Positions 9,072 to 18,043 of a stretch of 64,000 nucleotides of DNA are shown here, in pieces. Source of the DNA: a bacterium (GTDB lineage: Bacteria; Electryoneota; JAOADG01). Under the pieces are notes generated by a model. It was given only the letters and a program-made list of their open reading frames with translations. It did not search any database and had not been told where the DNA came from. The stretch lies in the NCBI GenBank assembly GCA_963681965.1, contig OY820579.1:1440001-1504000 (forward strand). The letters are read 5' to 3'. Within the stretch, counting starts at the first letter, position 1; each line of letters starts with the position of its first letter. A program made the position numbers and the translations under genes.

Positions 9072-9414
9072 GGATTGCGTTCATCGGGTCGACAAAAATG
9101 ATTTTCGCCTCGACCGGTTCGTTGGACCAAGTGAATGCCATGATAATAATTTCTTCACCTGGTCGCATATGATGTGCGGCAGCACCATTCAAACAGATCT
9201 CGCCGCTACCGCGTTTACCAAGAATGACGTACGTTTCCAGTCGGGCACCGCTCGTTACGGAAACCACGAGCACATGTTCGTGATTCCAAAGATCGACGGC
9301 TTCCGCCAGAATCGGATCGAGCGTAATCGATCCGACATAGTCGATATTCGCCTCGGTCAGACGAGCGCGGTGAATTTTCGATTTAAGCTGTTTCCGGAGT
9401 ATTTCGTTGGGCAT
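9040..9414 (-). CDS. panD: Aspartate 1-decarboxylase
   Basis: KSKIHRA, YVGSITLD (Gly-Ser self-cleavage site), ETYVI and CLNGAAA. Confidence 0.95.
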   Translation of the reverse strand: MPNEILRKQLKSKIHRARLTEANIDYVGSITLDPILAEAVDLWNHEHVLVVSVTSGARLETYVILGKRGSGEICLNGAAAHHMRPGEEIIIMAFTWSNEPVEAKIIFVDPMNAILEVHSSETPR

Positions 9415-9421
9415 CGTTATC

Positions 9422-10474
9422 TCAAGTCAATTCATAATAATATACGTCGCGCCAGCCGCCGACTGCACCAAAATTCTCTTTGAACCGAATGAGACCGGGT
9501 CCCGGCACGCCGTTAACCGTTGATATTCCGAAGTCGAGCCAGATTGCTCCTTCCGCTTTCGCCTGTTGAATCGAGTAGTTATTGAGCGGAATCACCGCTT
9601 TCAGGTCTTCCCGATCGCGCAAATGAGTGATGTAAAACGTCAAATGGAGGCGAGCGTTCGCGACAAAGATCAAAGTACCGGCGACGACATTGCCCTCAGC
9701 GTCGTAAGCGAAGTACAACCGCAATCGTTCCGGCATCAATTGGGTCAGTACTGATAAATCTTCACGGCTATGTGCCGGAGTTACTCCATGTTTCTTGCGA
9801 TTTTCGACGAGCATCGGGTGGAATATATCCCAATTTGCATCGCATAATTCCACCGAGCGGACTTCAACACCCAATTTCGCGGCATGTCGCAAGGCACCGC
9901 AGGATTTGTTGTCATAACGTTCGGCAGGATCGCCGAGCCAAAGCGGCACGACTTGTGTATAGTCGCGCTTGCGGTATTTGAAACCGAGCTGCATCATTGC
10001 AAAATGCCAGACATCGGAAGGGATTGCGTGATATGCCAACGGTACCGGCGTAATTTCGATACCATTCAATCCCTGATTTCTGGCGGTATCGAGAAGCATA
10101 GCACCAGCTTCCATCGCTTCGTCGAAATCAAGAATTTTTTTCGAAACGATACCACCGTAGCTGGCACCGGGGTGCGAGATCAACCATTTTTCGGTATGCT
10201 CGCCGTTGGCGCGGTCGCGTATGGCTGCCGGGAAAACCCCGAACAGGTTGCCGCGCTTGGTCAGTGCAAGCGAACCATCGACAAATTTGCCGGCGGGATG
10301 ATAAGCGAGAAAGCGACGCGTCTGAAACATCGTCCCTTCGTTAGCGGCTTCTACCAAACGATCCCACTCATCGTCGGAGAATTGATTGCCGGAAACCCAC
10401 TCGTATGTATTACTCAAAGTTCTGTTCCAAAAATTACTTGCGTTCCGATAATGGACCCTGCGCACGTCGGGCAC
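9422..10474 (-). CDS. GNAT-fold / FemAB-like acyltransferase
   Basis: WDRLV...GTMFQTRRFLAYH, SHPGASYGG and DFGIST...GLIRFKENFGA. The true start may be TTG 10417. Confidence 0.75.
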   Translation of the reverse strand: MPDVRRVHYRNASNFWNRTLSNTYEWVSGNQFSDDEWDRLVEAANEGTMFQTRRFLAYHPAGKFVDGSLALTKRGNLFGVFPAAIRDRANGEHTEKWLISHPGASYGGIVSKKILDFDEAMEAGAMLLDTARNQGLNGIEITPVPLAYHAIPSDVWHFAMMQLGFKYRKRDYTQVVPLWLGDPAERYDNKSCGALRHAAKLGVEVRSVELCDANWDIFHPMLVENRKKHGVTPAHSREDLSVLTQLMPERLRLYFAYDAEGNVVAGTLIFVANARLHLTFYITHLRDREDLKAVIPLNNYSIQQAKAEGAIWLDFGISTVNGVPGPGLIRFKENFGAVGGWRDVYYYELT

Positions 10475-11393
10475 GGTACCATTTCACATATTCAGCCACC
10501 CCTTCGTCGAAGCCCATCGTAGGACTCCAGCCCAGCAGTTCGCTGGCACGGCGATTGGCAAGCGAAATGCGCAACACTTCGCCGGGACGGAAAGGGGCGT
10601 AAGCGTAGTTGAATTGACTATCAGTCGCCGCTTTCACGGCGGAAAAGACTTCGTCGTCGGTGACTTCGATGCCGCGACCGATATTGATCCAACGATTGTC
10701 GCCGCGTTCCAGTGCTGCCATTAATGCCCGAACGACATCGCCGACATAAATGTAGTCGCGGGTTTTTTTACCGTCGCCGAAAATCACCGGCTGTTTGGCG
10801 CTTTCCATCTGTTCGGTGAAGATTGCCACGACCCCGGCTTCGCCCCACGGATTCTGTCGCGGTCCGAAGACATTACCCAGTCGGCAGGAAACAAATGAAA
10901 TCGGTTTCGTTGCTGCTGTGGCTGCAAGATAAAGATCGAATGCCATTTTTGCAGCGCCGTACGGTGATTCCGGTATCGGGGGTACAGTTTCGGGTACTGG
11001 CAGATGATCGGGATCGATCGATCCATAGCCCGCGCCGCCACTGGAAGTGAAGATAAACCGTTTCACGTTGTGGCGAGTCGCTGCATTGAGCAGCGTCACA
11101 CCACCGGTCATATTCACCGAAAAGTCGAACATCGGATCGGCGACCGATTTCCGGACATCCATCTGAGCAGCGATGTGGTATACAACATCGGTGGGATGTT
11201 CGGTAAAGAACCGATCCCAATCGATCGTAACGATATCGTCTTCGACTAAGGTGGCTGCAGGATTGAGATTTTCTCGGAAGCCAGTCGAGAAATTATCGAC
11301 GATTACTACTTTGTGACCAGCAAATAGTAAAGCATCCACTAACGTGGAACCGATGAAACCTGCCCCACCAGTTACAAGAATGCGCAAATTCAT
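10434..11393 (-). CDS. NAD-dependent epimerase/dehydratase (UDP-glucose 4-epimerase-like)
   Basis: VTGGAGFIGS, YGAAK (YxxxK), NVFGPRQ and RDYIYVGDV. Confidence 0.92.
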   Translation of the reverse strand: MNLRILVTGGAGFIGSTLVDALLFAGHKVVIVDNFSTGFRENLNPAATLVEDDIVTIDWDRFFTEHPTDVVYHIAAQMDVRKSVADPMFDFSVNMTGGVTLLNAATRHNVKRFIFTSSGGAGYGSIDPDHLPVPETVPPIPESPYGAAKMAFDLYLAATAATKPISFVSCRLGNVFGPRQNPWGEAGVVAIFTEQMESAKQPVIFGDGKKTRDYIYVGDVVRALMAALERGDNRWINIGRGIEVTDDEVFSAVKAATDSQFNYAYAPFRPGEVLRISLANRRASELLGWSPTMGFDEGVAEYVKWYRARRAQGPLSERK

Positions 11394-11551
11394 GAATAAT
11401 CCCTGAAGATCTGAAAAAGTAATCAGTGACTGTTTCGAAGTCGATCCAATAACGTGCTGATAAAGATCTTACGCGTGAACAACACAATTGGTTCAATAGA
11501 TTAATCGCGAATACTGGAATGTCGCGTTGGGTAAGATACTAAGTGGTAGGC

Positions 11552-11584
11552 AAAAACGAAAACCGGTTAGCAGAACCGGTTTCG
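11552..11584 (-). terminator. Rho-independent terminator downstream of the CDF gene
   Basis: AAACCGGTT-AGCAG-AACCGGTTT stem followed by a T-run on the minus strand. Confidence 0.65.
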
Positions 11585-11627
11585 AGCAGAATAAATGATG
11601 AACTGATGTCTAATAGTCGAAAAGAGA

Positions 11628-12503
11628 TTAAATATTGCTTGCGGAATCATCATACGGATCGAGGTGGACAATCACATTTGCACCGGGAAAGTGTTGCATA
11701 ATTTCGGAGCTGATTTCGTCACCACGGGTATGTGCCACTTCGACGGATAGGAGCGGGTCGACTTCAAGATGGAATTCGATGTACCGGGTAACGCCTACTC
11801 GACGTGTACGTAATCCATGATACCCATTTACCGGATTTGGAAGAGATTTCAGATATTTATCCAACCATTCTTCCTCATCCTCAGGTAAGCTCGTGTCGAG
11901 TAGGGTATCGATTGTCCGTTTCCCGAGCCGATAGCAAACGGAAAGAACAATCACTGCTACAACCAAAGCTGCAACCGAGTCGACCCAATCGATATTGAAT
12001 GCAACGAATATTAAACCGATCAGTACTACGATCGAGCTGGCAACGTCGCTGGAAAAGTGCAATGCGTCAGCTTCGAGCGCTTCGCTATGATGTTTCTTTG
12101 CAGCCCGGGAAAGAGCGATCGATCGGCTAATATCGACGAGGATCGTAAATATGATGACGACAAAACCCCAAATACTGGAATCGACATCGGAAGATTTGTA
12201 GAAAATTCGCTGAATGGCTTCCCAGATAATCCACGCACAAGTGACGACAAGCAACAGGGTTTCGAACAAAGCGGAAACACTTTCGACTTTGCCGTGTCCA
12301 TATGGGTGTTTTTTATCGGCAGGGCGATCACTCACAGTAACTGCGAAATAGGTCATTGCAGCCGCGAGAAAGTCAAGCGCAGAATGAGCCGCCTCGGATA
12401 AAATACCAAGGCTGTTCGTTTGGATACCAACAACTAGTTTTAAACCAGTGATGAATACCGCTGCGACAACTGAGGAAAGTGCTACTTTCCGCTTTTCATT
12501 CAT
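11628..12503 (-). CDS. Cation diffusion facilitator family transporter (FieF-like)
   Basis: SEAAHSALD, HPYGHGKVES, ADALHFSSD and a C-terminal HLDP dimerization domain. Confidence 0.92.
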   Translation of the reverse strand: MNEKRKVALSSVVAAVFITGLKLVVGIQTNSLGILSEAAHSALDFLAAAMTYFAVTVSDRPADKKHPYGHGKVESVSALFETLLLVVTCAWIIWEAIQRIFYKSSDVDSSIWGFVVIIFTILVDISRSIALSRAAKKHHSEALEADALHFSSDVASSIVVLIGLIFVAFNIDWVDSVAALVVAVIVLSVCYRLGKRTIDTLLDTSLPEDEEEWLDKYLKSLPNPVNGYHGLRTRRVGVTRYIEFHLEVDPLLSVEVAHTRGDEISSEIMQHFPGANVIVHLDPYDDSASNI

Positions 12504-12715
12504 TGCGACCTTAACTGGGAAGAGTGTGATTCAATTGAATTTCTGATCTCACAATTAGCAAAGATACGGAATTAAGTATAAGTCTAGCAAACTCTTGCGA
12601 TTAAGTTTCAGTCCCAGAGTGCACAAAAACAAAGATGTCGGAGCACTTGGAATGATCCAATAGAAAAAATATCTTCTGAAAACAGATCATCAGGATTCTC
12701 TCAGAGTAACAAGAT

Positions 12716-12744
12716 TTGCAGACATCTTTGAAATGATGTATACT
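12716..12744 (+). promoter_or_regulatory. Sigma70-type promoter of rpmH
   Basis: TTGCAG-N17-TATACT about 45 bp upstream of the rpmH start. Confidence 0.55.
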
Positions 12745-12788
12745 TAGCTTTTGCTTTCGAGTAGGTAAAAAGAAAGGCTTAGCTCAAC

Positions 12789-12941
12789 ATGAAGCGCACG
12801 TTTCAACCATCGAATCGTAAACGACGTAACAAACACGGATTCCGTTCCCGAATGGCAACTGCCAATGGGCGTAAAGTACTTGCTGCACGCCGTGCCAAAG
12901 GTCGTAAGCATTTGACTGTCAGCGATACTATTGCAGCATAA
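12789..12941 (+). CDS. rpmH: 50S ribosomal protein L34
   Basis: Manual translation [50 protein letters not shown]; too short for the ORF track. Confidence 0.97.
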   Translation: MKRTFQPSNRKRRNKHGFRSRMATANGRKVLAARRAKGRKHLTVSDTIAA

Positions 12942-13018
12942 TCATCTTTGATTCTGTAATGTATCACTTCTCGCAGAGAGCTATTGAGAAAATCTCGATA
13001 GTTTCGATTTTGTTAATT

Positions 13019-13041
13019 CCCCGCGTACAGCGGGGTTTTTT
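13019..13041 (+). terminator. Intrinsic terminator between rpmH and rnpA
   Basis: CCCCGC-GTACA-GCGGGG followed by TTTTTT. Confidence 0.75.
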
Positions 13042-13049
13042 GTTGTTTT

Positions 13050-13421
13050 TTGAAGATGTTATCTGAAAATTCACCATTCAAACCTACCTATCCTTTCCCG
13101 CGCAGTCGTCGGGTACACGGACGCACGATTTTTTTATTACTCCGAAAATCGGGTCGAAAAAAGTATAGTAAGAATTTAGGAATCAATTATTTAAAATCGA
13201 CAGAAGATGTGCAGATCGGATTTGCCATCAGCAAAAAAGTCGGAAATTCGGTAACAAGGAACCGAATTCGCCGAATTATCCGGGAATATCTTCGAACACA
13301 TCCCGAAATTCTACCGAAAACCGGCAAAATCTTACTATCTGCTCATCGTCGATTTAGTGGTTGGTCTCTCGAACTCGAGCAACAACTGAGAGATTTGCTC
13401 ATTTTTACTACAATCGATTGA
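13050..13421 (+). CDS. rnpA: Ribonuclease P protein component
   Basis: GFAISKKVGNSVTRNRIRRIIRE (RNR motif); follows rpmH. Confidence 0.88.
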   Translation: MKMLSENSPFKPTYPFPRSRRVHGRTIFLLLRKSGRKKYSKNLGINYLKSTEDVQIGFAISKKVGNSVTRNRIRRIIREYLRTHPEILPKTGKILLSAHRRFSGWSLELEQQLRDLLIFTTID

Positions 13422-13500
13422 CTCACCTTGAATCCGGAAATATATTCCTAATACTCACTTGATAATCCCGCAATTGGTTGTAATTTTCCTGGTTAAATAG

Positions 13501-14772
13501 ATGTATCGGCAGATGTTGCCGATTTGTTCGGAGCAATCGATGGAGCTACCGGTACCCGGTTCCCCTGATGAAGCACTCACGGTTGAGAGATTAGTGGAGC
13601 TTTTTCGCGATTTTTCCGAACAATCGACTTCCCTGCGGTCGGCATATTCCGATCTCGAACAACGTGTCGTGGATTTATCCGCTGAACTCGCAAAGAAAGA
13701 TCGTGAGATTTACACGGGTTATAACAATCTGTGGGAATTCCAAACGTATCTCGACAGCATTTTGGAATCTTTACCCATCGGCTTAGTAGTGTTCGATTTG
13801 CAATGGCAAGTGACCCGGATCAACCGTACCGCTCGAGAGATATTAAATCTTGCACCGGAAGAATTACCCACCGGTACCGTCTTTCTCGATCAAGAACCGC
13901 TCATGACATTACTGGATGAACGGAACGAGAACACCGAACTCGGTGTACCCATGGAGCGCGTGATTGAACGTCCGCAGGGATCGATCGTCGTTCGTCAGAT
14001 TGTGTCCTGGCTCTACAATCGTTCGCATGAGCGAATTGGATTATTGCTTTCTTTGGAAGATTTGACGGCAGTACACGAGTTGGAGCGGCGGATCGACGAA
14101 CAAAAGACGCTGGTAGCGTTAGGAGAGATGGCAGCTCACGTAGCCCATGAACTACGCAATCCGCTCTTTGGAATATGCGGATTCGCACAAATCCTACTCG
14201 AAGAGACTCCGGAAACCGATCAACGTTATCGGCTAGTACAGAAAATTAATGAAGGGGTCGATTCGCTAAATCGAATCGCAACCACATTACTCAATTATAC
14301 AAGATCCGGCGAACCAACCTTCGAACGTACCGACTTACAGAGTCTCTTAACCGATATTTCCGAATGGACACGCACTGATAAAACCGACCGAACTTCACAA
14401 ATCAACATTATACTCGATCTACCGCAGGAAAATATTCCAGTTAAGCTGGACAAGGAATTGATGCGCGAGGCGCTACTCAATATCGCCAAAAATGCCAAAC
14501 AAGCCATGCCCAAAGGGGGAACACTACAATTCGGTATGAAGTGGGATCTGTTAAAAAACCGGGTCATGATTATTATTAGCGATACTGGTGTCGGTATTTC
14601 ACCCGAAAATCTTGATAAAATATTCAACCCCTTCTTCACGACTCGATCAACCGGAACCGGTCTAGGGCTAGCTGTCGTACACAAAATTATCCGATTGCAC
14701 CGTGGTAATGTCACGGTCGATTCACAAGTCGGAAGCGGAACCAAATTTACTGTGGAGTTACCGATCGTATGA
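13501..14772 (+). CDS. Cytoplasmic PAS sensor histidine kinase (FleS/FlrB/FlgS-like)
   Basis: N-terminal coiled coil, PAS-like segment, H-box AHELRNPL, DTGVGI, FNPFFTT and GTGLGL; no TM segment. Probable start ATG 13540. Confidence 0.9.
   Translation: MYRQMLPICSEQSMELPVPGSPDEALTVERLVELFRDFSEQSTSLRSAYSDLEQRVVDLSAELAKKDREIYTGYNNLWEFQTYLDSILESLPIGLVVFDLQWQVTRINRTAREILNLAPEELPTGTVFLDQEPLMTLLDERNENTELGVPMERVIERPQGSIVVRQIVSWLYNRSHERIGLLLSLEDLTAVHELERRIDEQKTLVALGEMAAHVAHELRNPLFGICGFAQILLEETPETDQRYRLVQKINEGVDSLNRIATTLLNYTRSGEPTFERTDLQSLLTDISEWTRTDKTDRTSQINIILDLPQENIPVKLDKELMREALLNIAKNAKQAMPKGGTLQFGMKWDLLKNRVMIIISDTGVGISPENLDKIFNPFFTTRSTGTGLGLAVVHKIIRLHRGNVTVDSQVGSGTKFTVELPIV
13505..13523. promoter_or_regulatory. 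Candidate FleR/FlrC-type operator (GGCA-N5-TGCC)
   Basis: Perfect inverted repeat ATCGGCA-GATGT-TGCCGAT at the start of the kinase operon. Confidence 0.5.
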
Positions 14773-16175
14773 ACCTATTCGAAGGACGTCGAATTGCCGT
14801 TGTAGATGACGAGCGGTTGAATCAGGAAATGCTGGAAGAGTATCTGACGAGAAATGGTGCCGAGGTAGAACTGTTTTCCAGCGCCGAAGACGCACTCAAA
14901 GGATTGGAATCGATCGAAGTCGATGCTGTAGTAACCGACATTAAACTCGGGGGAATGAGTGGTATCGAACTGCTACGGTCGTTACGGGTACGCTATCCCG
15001 AATTACCGGTGCTGCTAATGACGGCTTACGGTACAATTGAATCGGCAGTAGCCGCTATGTACGAAGGGGCGTTTTATTATCTCACAAAACCATTTAAACT
15101 TAAAGAATTTGGCGTATTAATTAATCGTGCTCTCGAACATTCTCACTTAGTTGCTGAAAATGATCGACTCAAACGCGAACTGAGTGCTCACACCAACTCA
15201 CACGGAATTATCGGTGGTAGTTTTAAGATGCGCGACATTCTGAGCTTAATTGATACTGTCGCCCCAACTTCATCCAATGTTTTAGTGTTGGGTGAATCAG
15301 GTACGGGTAAAGAAATGGTTGCCCGTGCAATTCACCAGAAATCGCTTCGTGCCGAAGGTCCGTTTGTAACGGTAAATTGTGCCGCTATGCCGGAAGGGTT
15401 AATTGAATCGGAGTTGTTTGGACACGTTCGCGGATCTTTTACCGGTGCGATCAAAGACTACCGCGGTAAATTTGAGACTGCCGACAACGGGACGATTCTA
15501 CTCGATGAGGTTTCGGAAATGCCGTTAACCCTCCAACCTAAACTGTTACGGGTAATTCAGGAGCGAGAATATTTCCGGGTGGGTAGTTCGGATGTTCGAA
15601 AAGCAAATGTTCGTGTTATTGCAACATCGAATCGTAACCTCGAAGAGGAAGTATCCGCTGGACATTTTAGGCAGGATCTCTATTTCCGGTTGAATGTGAT
15701 TCCGCTCCAACTCCCACCCCTTCGTGATCGGAAAGAGGATATTCAAGATTTATCCCTTCATTTTGTAAATCGTTACGCAGCAGAGTGTAAAAAAGACATC
15801 AAAGGGATCACGGAAGAAGCATTTGGGGTTTTGCTTAGTTATTCTTGGCCCGGTAATGTTCGCGAATTGGAAAATGCGATCGAACGTGCGGTCGTACTCT
15901 CCACCACTGGTGAATTAGAAAAGAAGCATTTTCAACATCTTCTCGGTTCCAGCCTGCAAACTCAAAGCAATCCGTTATCTGGCACGAGTGGTATCTCACT
16001 TCACGATCTAGAGAAGAAACACATTTTGGCAACCCTGTCAGCAAACAATAATAATCGTACTCGAACTGCAGAAGTTCTTGATATTTCAATACGTACACTC
16101 CGCAATAAATTGAATGAATACCGTGCGGATGGGTCATTCATTGATGATCGGGACGATACCGATCTAGGTGAATAG
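14769..16175 (+). CDS. Sigma54-dependent response regulator (FleR/FlrC/NtrC family)
   Basis: Receiver domain, GESGTGKE, ESELFGH..GSFTGA, WPGNVRELEN and a Fis-type HTH ISIRTLRNKL. Confidence 0.95.
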   Translation: MNLFEGRRIAVVDDERLNQEMLEEYLTRNGAEVELFSSAEDALKGLESIEVDAVVTDIKLGGMSGIELLRSLRVRYPELPVLLMTAYGTIESAVAAMYEGAFYYLTKPFKLKEFGVLINRALEHSHLVAENDRLKRELSAHTNSHGIIGGSFKMRDILSLIDTVAPTSSNVLVLGESGTGKEMVARAIHQKSLRAEGPFVTVNCAAMPEGLIESELFGHVRGSFTGAIKDYRGKFETADNGTILLDEVSEMPLTLQPKLLRVIQEREYFRVGSSDVRKANVRVIATSNRNLEEEVSAGHFRQDLYFRLNVIPLQLPPLRDRKEDIQDLSLHFVNRYAAECKKDIKGITEEAFGVLLSYSWPGNVRELENAIERAVVLSTTGELEKKHFQHLLGSSLQTQSNPLSGTSGISLHDLEKKHILATLSANNNNRTRTAEVLDISIRTLRNKLNEYRADGSFIDDRDDTDLGE

Positions 16176-16190
16176 GCATGCTCTGCCTAT
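16172..16190. promoter_or_regulatory. Candidate enhancer (UAS) for the flgB sigma54 promoter
   Basis: ATAGGCA-TGCTC-TGCCTAT; its center is 91 bp upstream of the -24 GG. Confidence 0.6.
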
Positions 16191-16269
16191 CCTGACGTTT
16201 TCTTCCTCTCGATAACTCGTTATCGCACTTTAACTATCTATTTTTCAATAATCGATCCATCAAAAGTCT

Positions 16270-16286
16270 TCGGCATAGTAGTTGCT
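16270..16286 (+). promoter_or_regulatory. Sigma54 promoter of the flgB operon
   Basis: TCGGCATAGTAGTTGCT, GG-N10-GC. Confidence 0.8.
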
Positions 16287-16303
16287 CTCAATGATGTGGA
16301 ATT

Positions 16304-16744
16304 ATGGAGCATATCATTATGTCATTAAAAGATATGATCTTCGAGAAAACACCCATTCCGGTATTGGCGAAGGGACTGGATGCTTATACCCGTCGGCAGC
16401 GAACAATTGCTCACAATGTTGCCAACATTGAAACCCCCGGGTATCAGAGGAAGTATGTCAAATTCGAAGATGAGTTGAAACAGATTTTGGATACCCGTAA
16501 TCAAGCGTTGAAGGTTACATCGGAGAATCATCTGCCATTTACCCGTCAGCAACTGGAAAAGCTCGAGGGTGAAATCGTCGTAGACGATGTCACTGGACCG
16601 CTGAATGGTGTCAATAATGTTTCATTGGATCGCGAAATGGCAGATTTGGCGACGAACAATATGCAATATCAAGCGGTAACGAAACTGATGAAAACTTACT
16701 TCGATAGTTTGAAAAATGCGATTCGCGGTGGTGGTGCTGCTTAA
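16304..16744 (+). CDS. flgB: Flagellar basal-body rod protein FlgB
   Basis: RQRTIAHNVANIETPGY and NNVSLDREM. Confidence 0.95.
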   Translation: MEHIIMSLKDMIFEKTPIPVLAKGLDAYTRRQRTIAHNVANIETPGYQRKYVKFEDELKQILDTRNQALKVTSENHLPFTRQQLEKLEGEIVVDDVTGPLNGVNNVSLDREMADLATNNMQYQAVTKLMKTYFDSLKNAIRGGGAA

Positions 16745-16759
16745 GCAGGAGAATAGATC

Positions 16760-17260
16760 ATGATTAGAGGCATTTTTTCTTCCATCGATATCAGTTCAAG
16801 TGGTTTGATGGCGCAACGCCGGCGATTGGATGCCGTCGCACAAAATCTTGCCAATAGTGAAACAACACGAACTGCGGAAGGTGGACCCTACAAACGTCGA
16901 ATCGTAACCTTTGGCGAAGATTTACAGAGCAGCACGATGATTACTTCGGAGCAAACCGATAGCTCGAAGTTAAAACTTGACTATACCGACCTCGATCATT
17001 TAAACACCAGTGGCGCTGCTGGCGACAGAGCGCATTTGTCCGGTGTGATGGCGCGAGAAACGCGCGATACGACCGAACCACCGGAACTGGTATACGATCC
17101 CGGTCATCCCGATGCCAATGAACAGGGGTACGTAGCGTATCCCAAAATTAATCCTATTCAGGAAATGTCCGATCTGATTATTGCGGCACGGGCATACGAA
17201 GCGAATTCCGCAGTAATTCAATCTGCCAAGTCAATGTTTCGCAAAGCACTGGAGATTTAA
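16760..17260 (+). CDS. flgC: Flagellar basal-body rod protein FlgC
   Basis: SGLMAQRRRLDAVAQNLAN, GGPYKRR, YDPGHPDA and RAYEAN. Confidence 0.96.
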   Translation: MIRGIFSSIDISSSGLMAQRRRLDAVAQNLANSETTRTAEGGPYKRRIVTFGEDLQSSTMITSEQTDSSKLKLDYTDLDHLNTSGAAGDRAHLSGVMARETRDTTEPPELVYDPGHPDANEQGYVAYPKINPIQEMSDLIIAARAYEANSAVIQSAKSMFRKALEI

Positions 17261-17263
17261 TCG

Positions 17264-17584
17264 ATGCCGTTTCCGATTCAACAACTCCAAGCACAAGCGA
17301 TTGCACCTCAGCCAAAATCGAAATCGAATGCGGCACAATTTATCGCAACGCGTCGAAATCGCGTGGAAACTTTCGAACGGTTGCGTGAACAAAGTGTCTA
17401 TGAACAACAGACTGAAATGGAGATGTCGCGCGCATCAAGCGAATTACGATTGGCGCGGATGCAAACCGAAGTCGAATCCAAACTTCAGCAACGAGGCGCA
17501 CTTCCAGTAGGTACGGCGTACGATCCCAGTGGAAAACCCGACGCTGCAAAATTCGTCGGTCGCCATATTGATCTTTACGCGTAG
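17264..17584 (+). CDS. Hypothetical flagellar-operon protein with C-terminal GxxIDxYA motif
   Basis: Tightly packed between flgC and fliE; coiled coil; ends GRHIDLYA. Confidence 0.65.
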   Translation: MPFPIQQLQAQAIAPQPKSKSNAAQFIATRRNRVETFERLREQSVYEQQTEMEMSRASSELRLARMQTEVESKLQQRGALPVGTAYDPSGKPDAAKFVGRHIDLYA

Positions 17585-17593
17585 GAGATCGGG

Positions 17594-17995
17594 ATGAATA
17601 TCAATGAGTTAGGGCGATTTGCTCAAGACCTTCCGGGAATGACCAATCAGGTTGGTAAAACCGAATTGGATGAACTCAAACGGAAAAATCTGGTCGATAA
17701 CGCAAGACCGGTCAAAGATGTCTCGGGAATTAATACCGAAATTTCGAATGCACCTTCGCGAATCAATCCCGATCGCGGTTCATTCGGTGATACACTTCAG
17801 GGAATGTTGCATGAAGTGAGTAATCTGCAACAACAAGCCAATACTGGTTCACAGCGATTGATGACGGGCGAAGTGGAAGACGTGCATCAAGTCATGGTCG
17901 CAGTCGAAAAAGCAAGCACTAGTTTTATGCTGATGATGGAGATTCGCAACAAGCTGGTGGAAGCGTACCGCGAAGTTATGAGAATGCAGGTCTAA
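17594..17995 (+). CDS. fliE: Flagellar hook-basal body complex protein FliE
   Basis: DVHQVMVAVEKA...EIRNKLVEAYREVMRMQV. Confidence 0.95.
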   Translation: MNINELGRFAQDLPGMTNQVGKTELDELKRKNLVDNARPVKDVSGINTEISNAPSRINPDRGSFGDTLQGMLHEVSNLQQQANTGSQRLMTGEVEDVHQVMVAVEKASTSFMLMMEIRNKLVEAYREVMRMQV

Positions 17996-18043
17996 TAACA
18001 CACAATTTTTTTGCGAAAAGCTGGTTAGCCGGGAACTCGAACG

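Noticed and set aside
12504-12788. Possible oriC beside rpmH, where gene orientation switches
   Set aside because: No TTATCCACA-like DnaA boxes were seen and dnaA is not adjacent.
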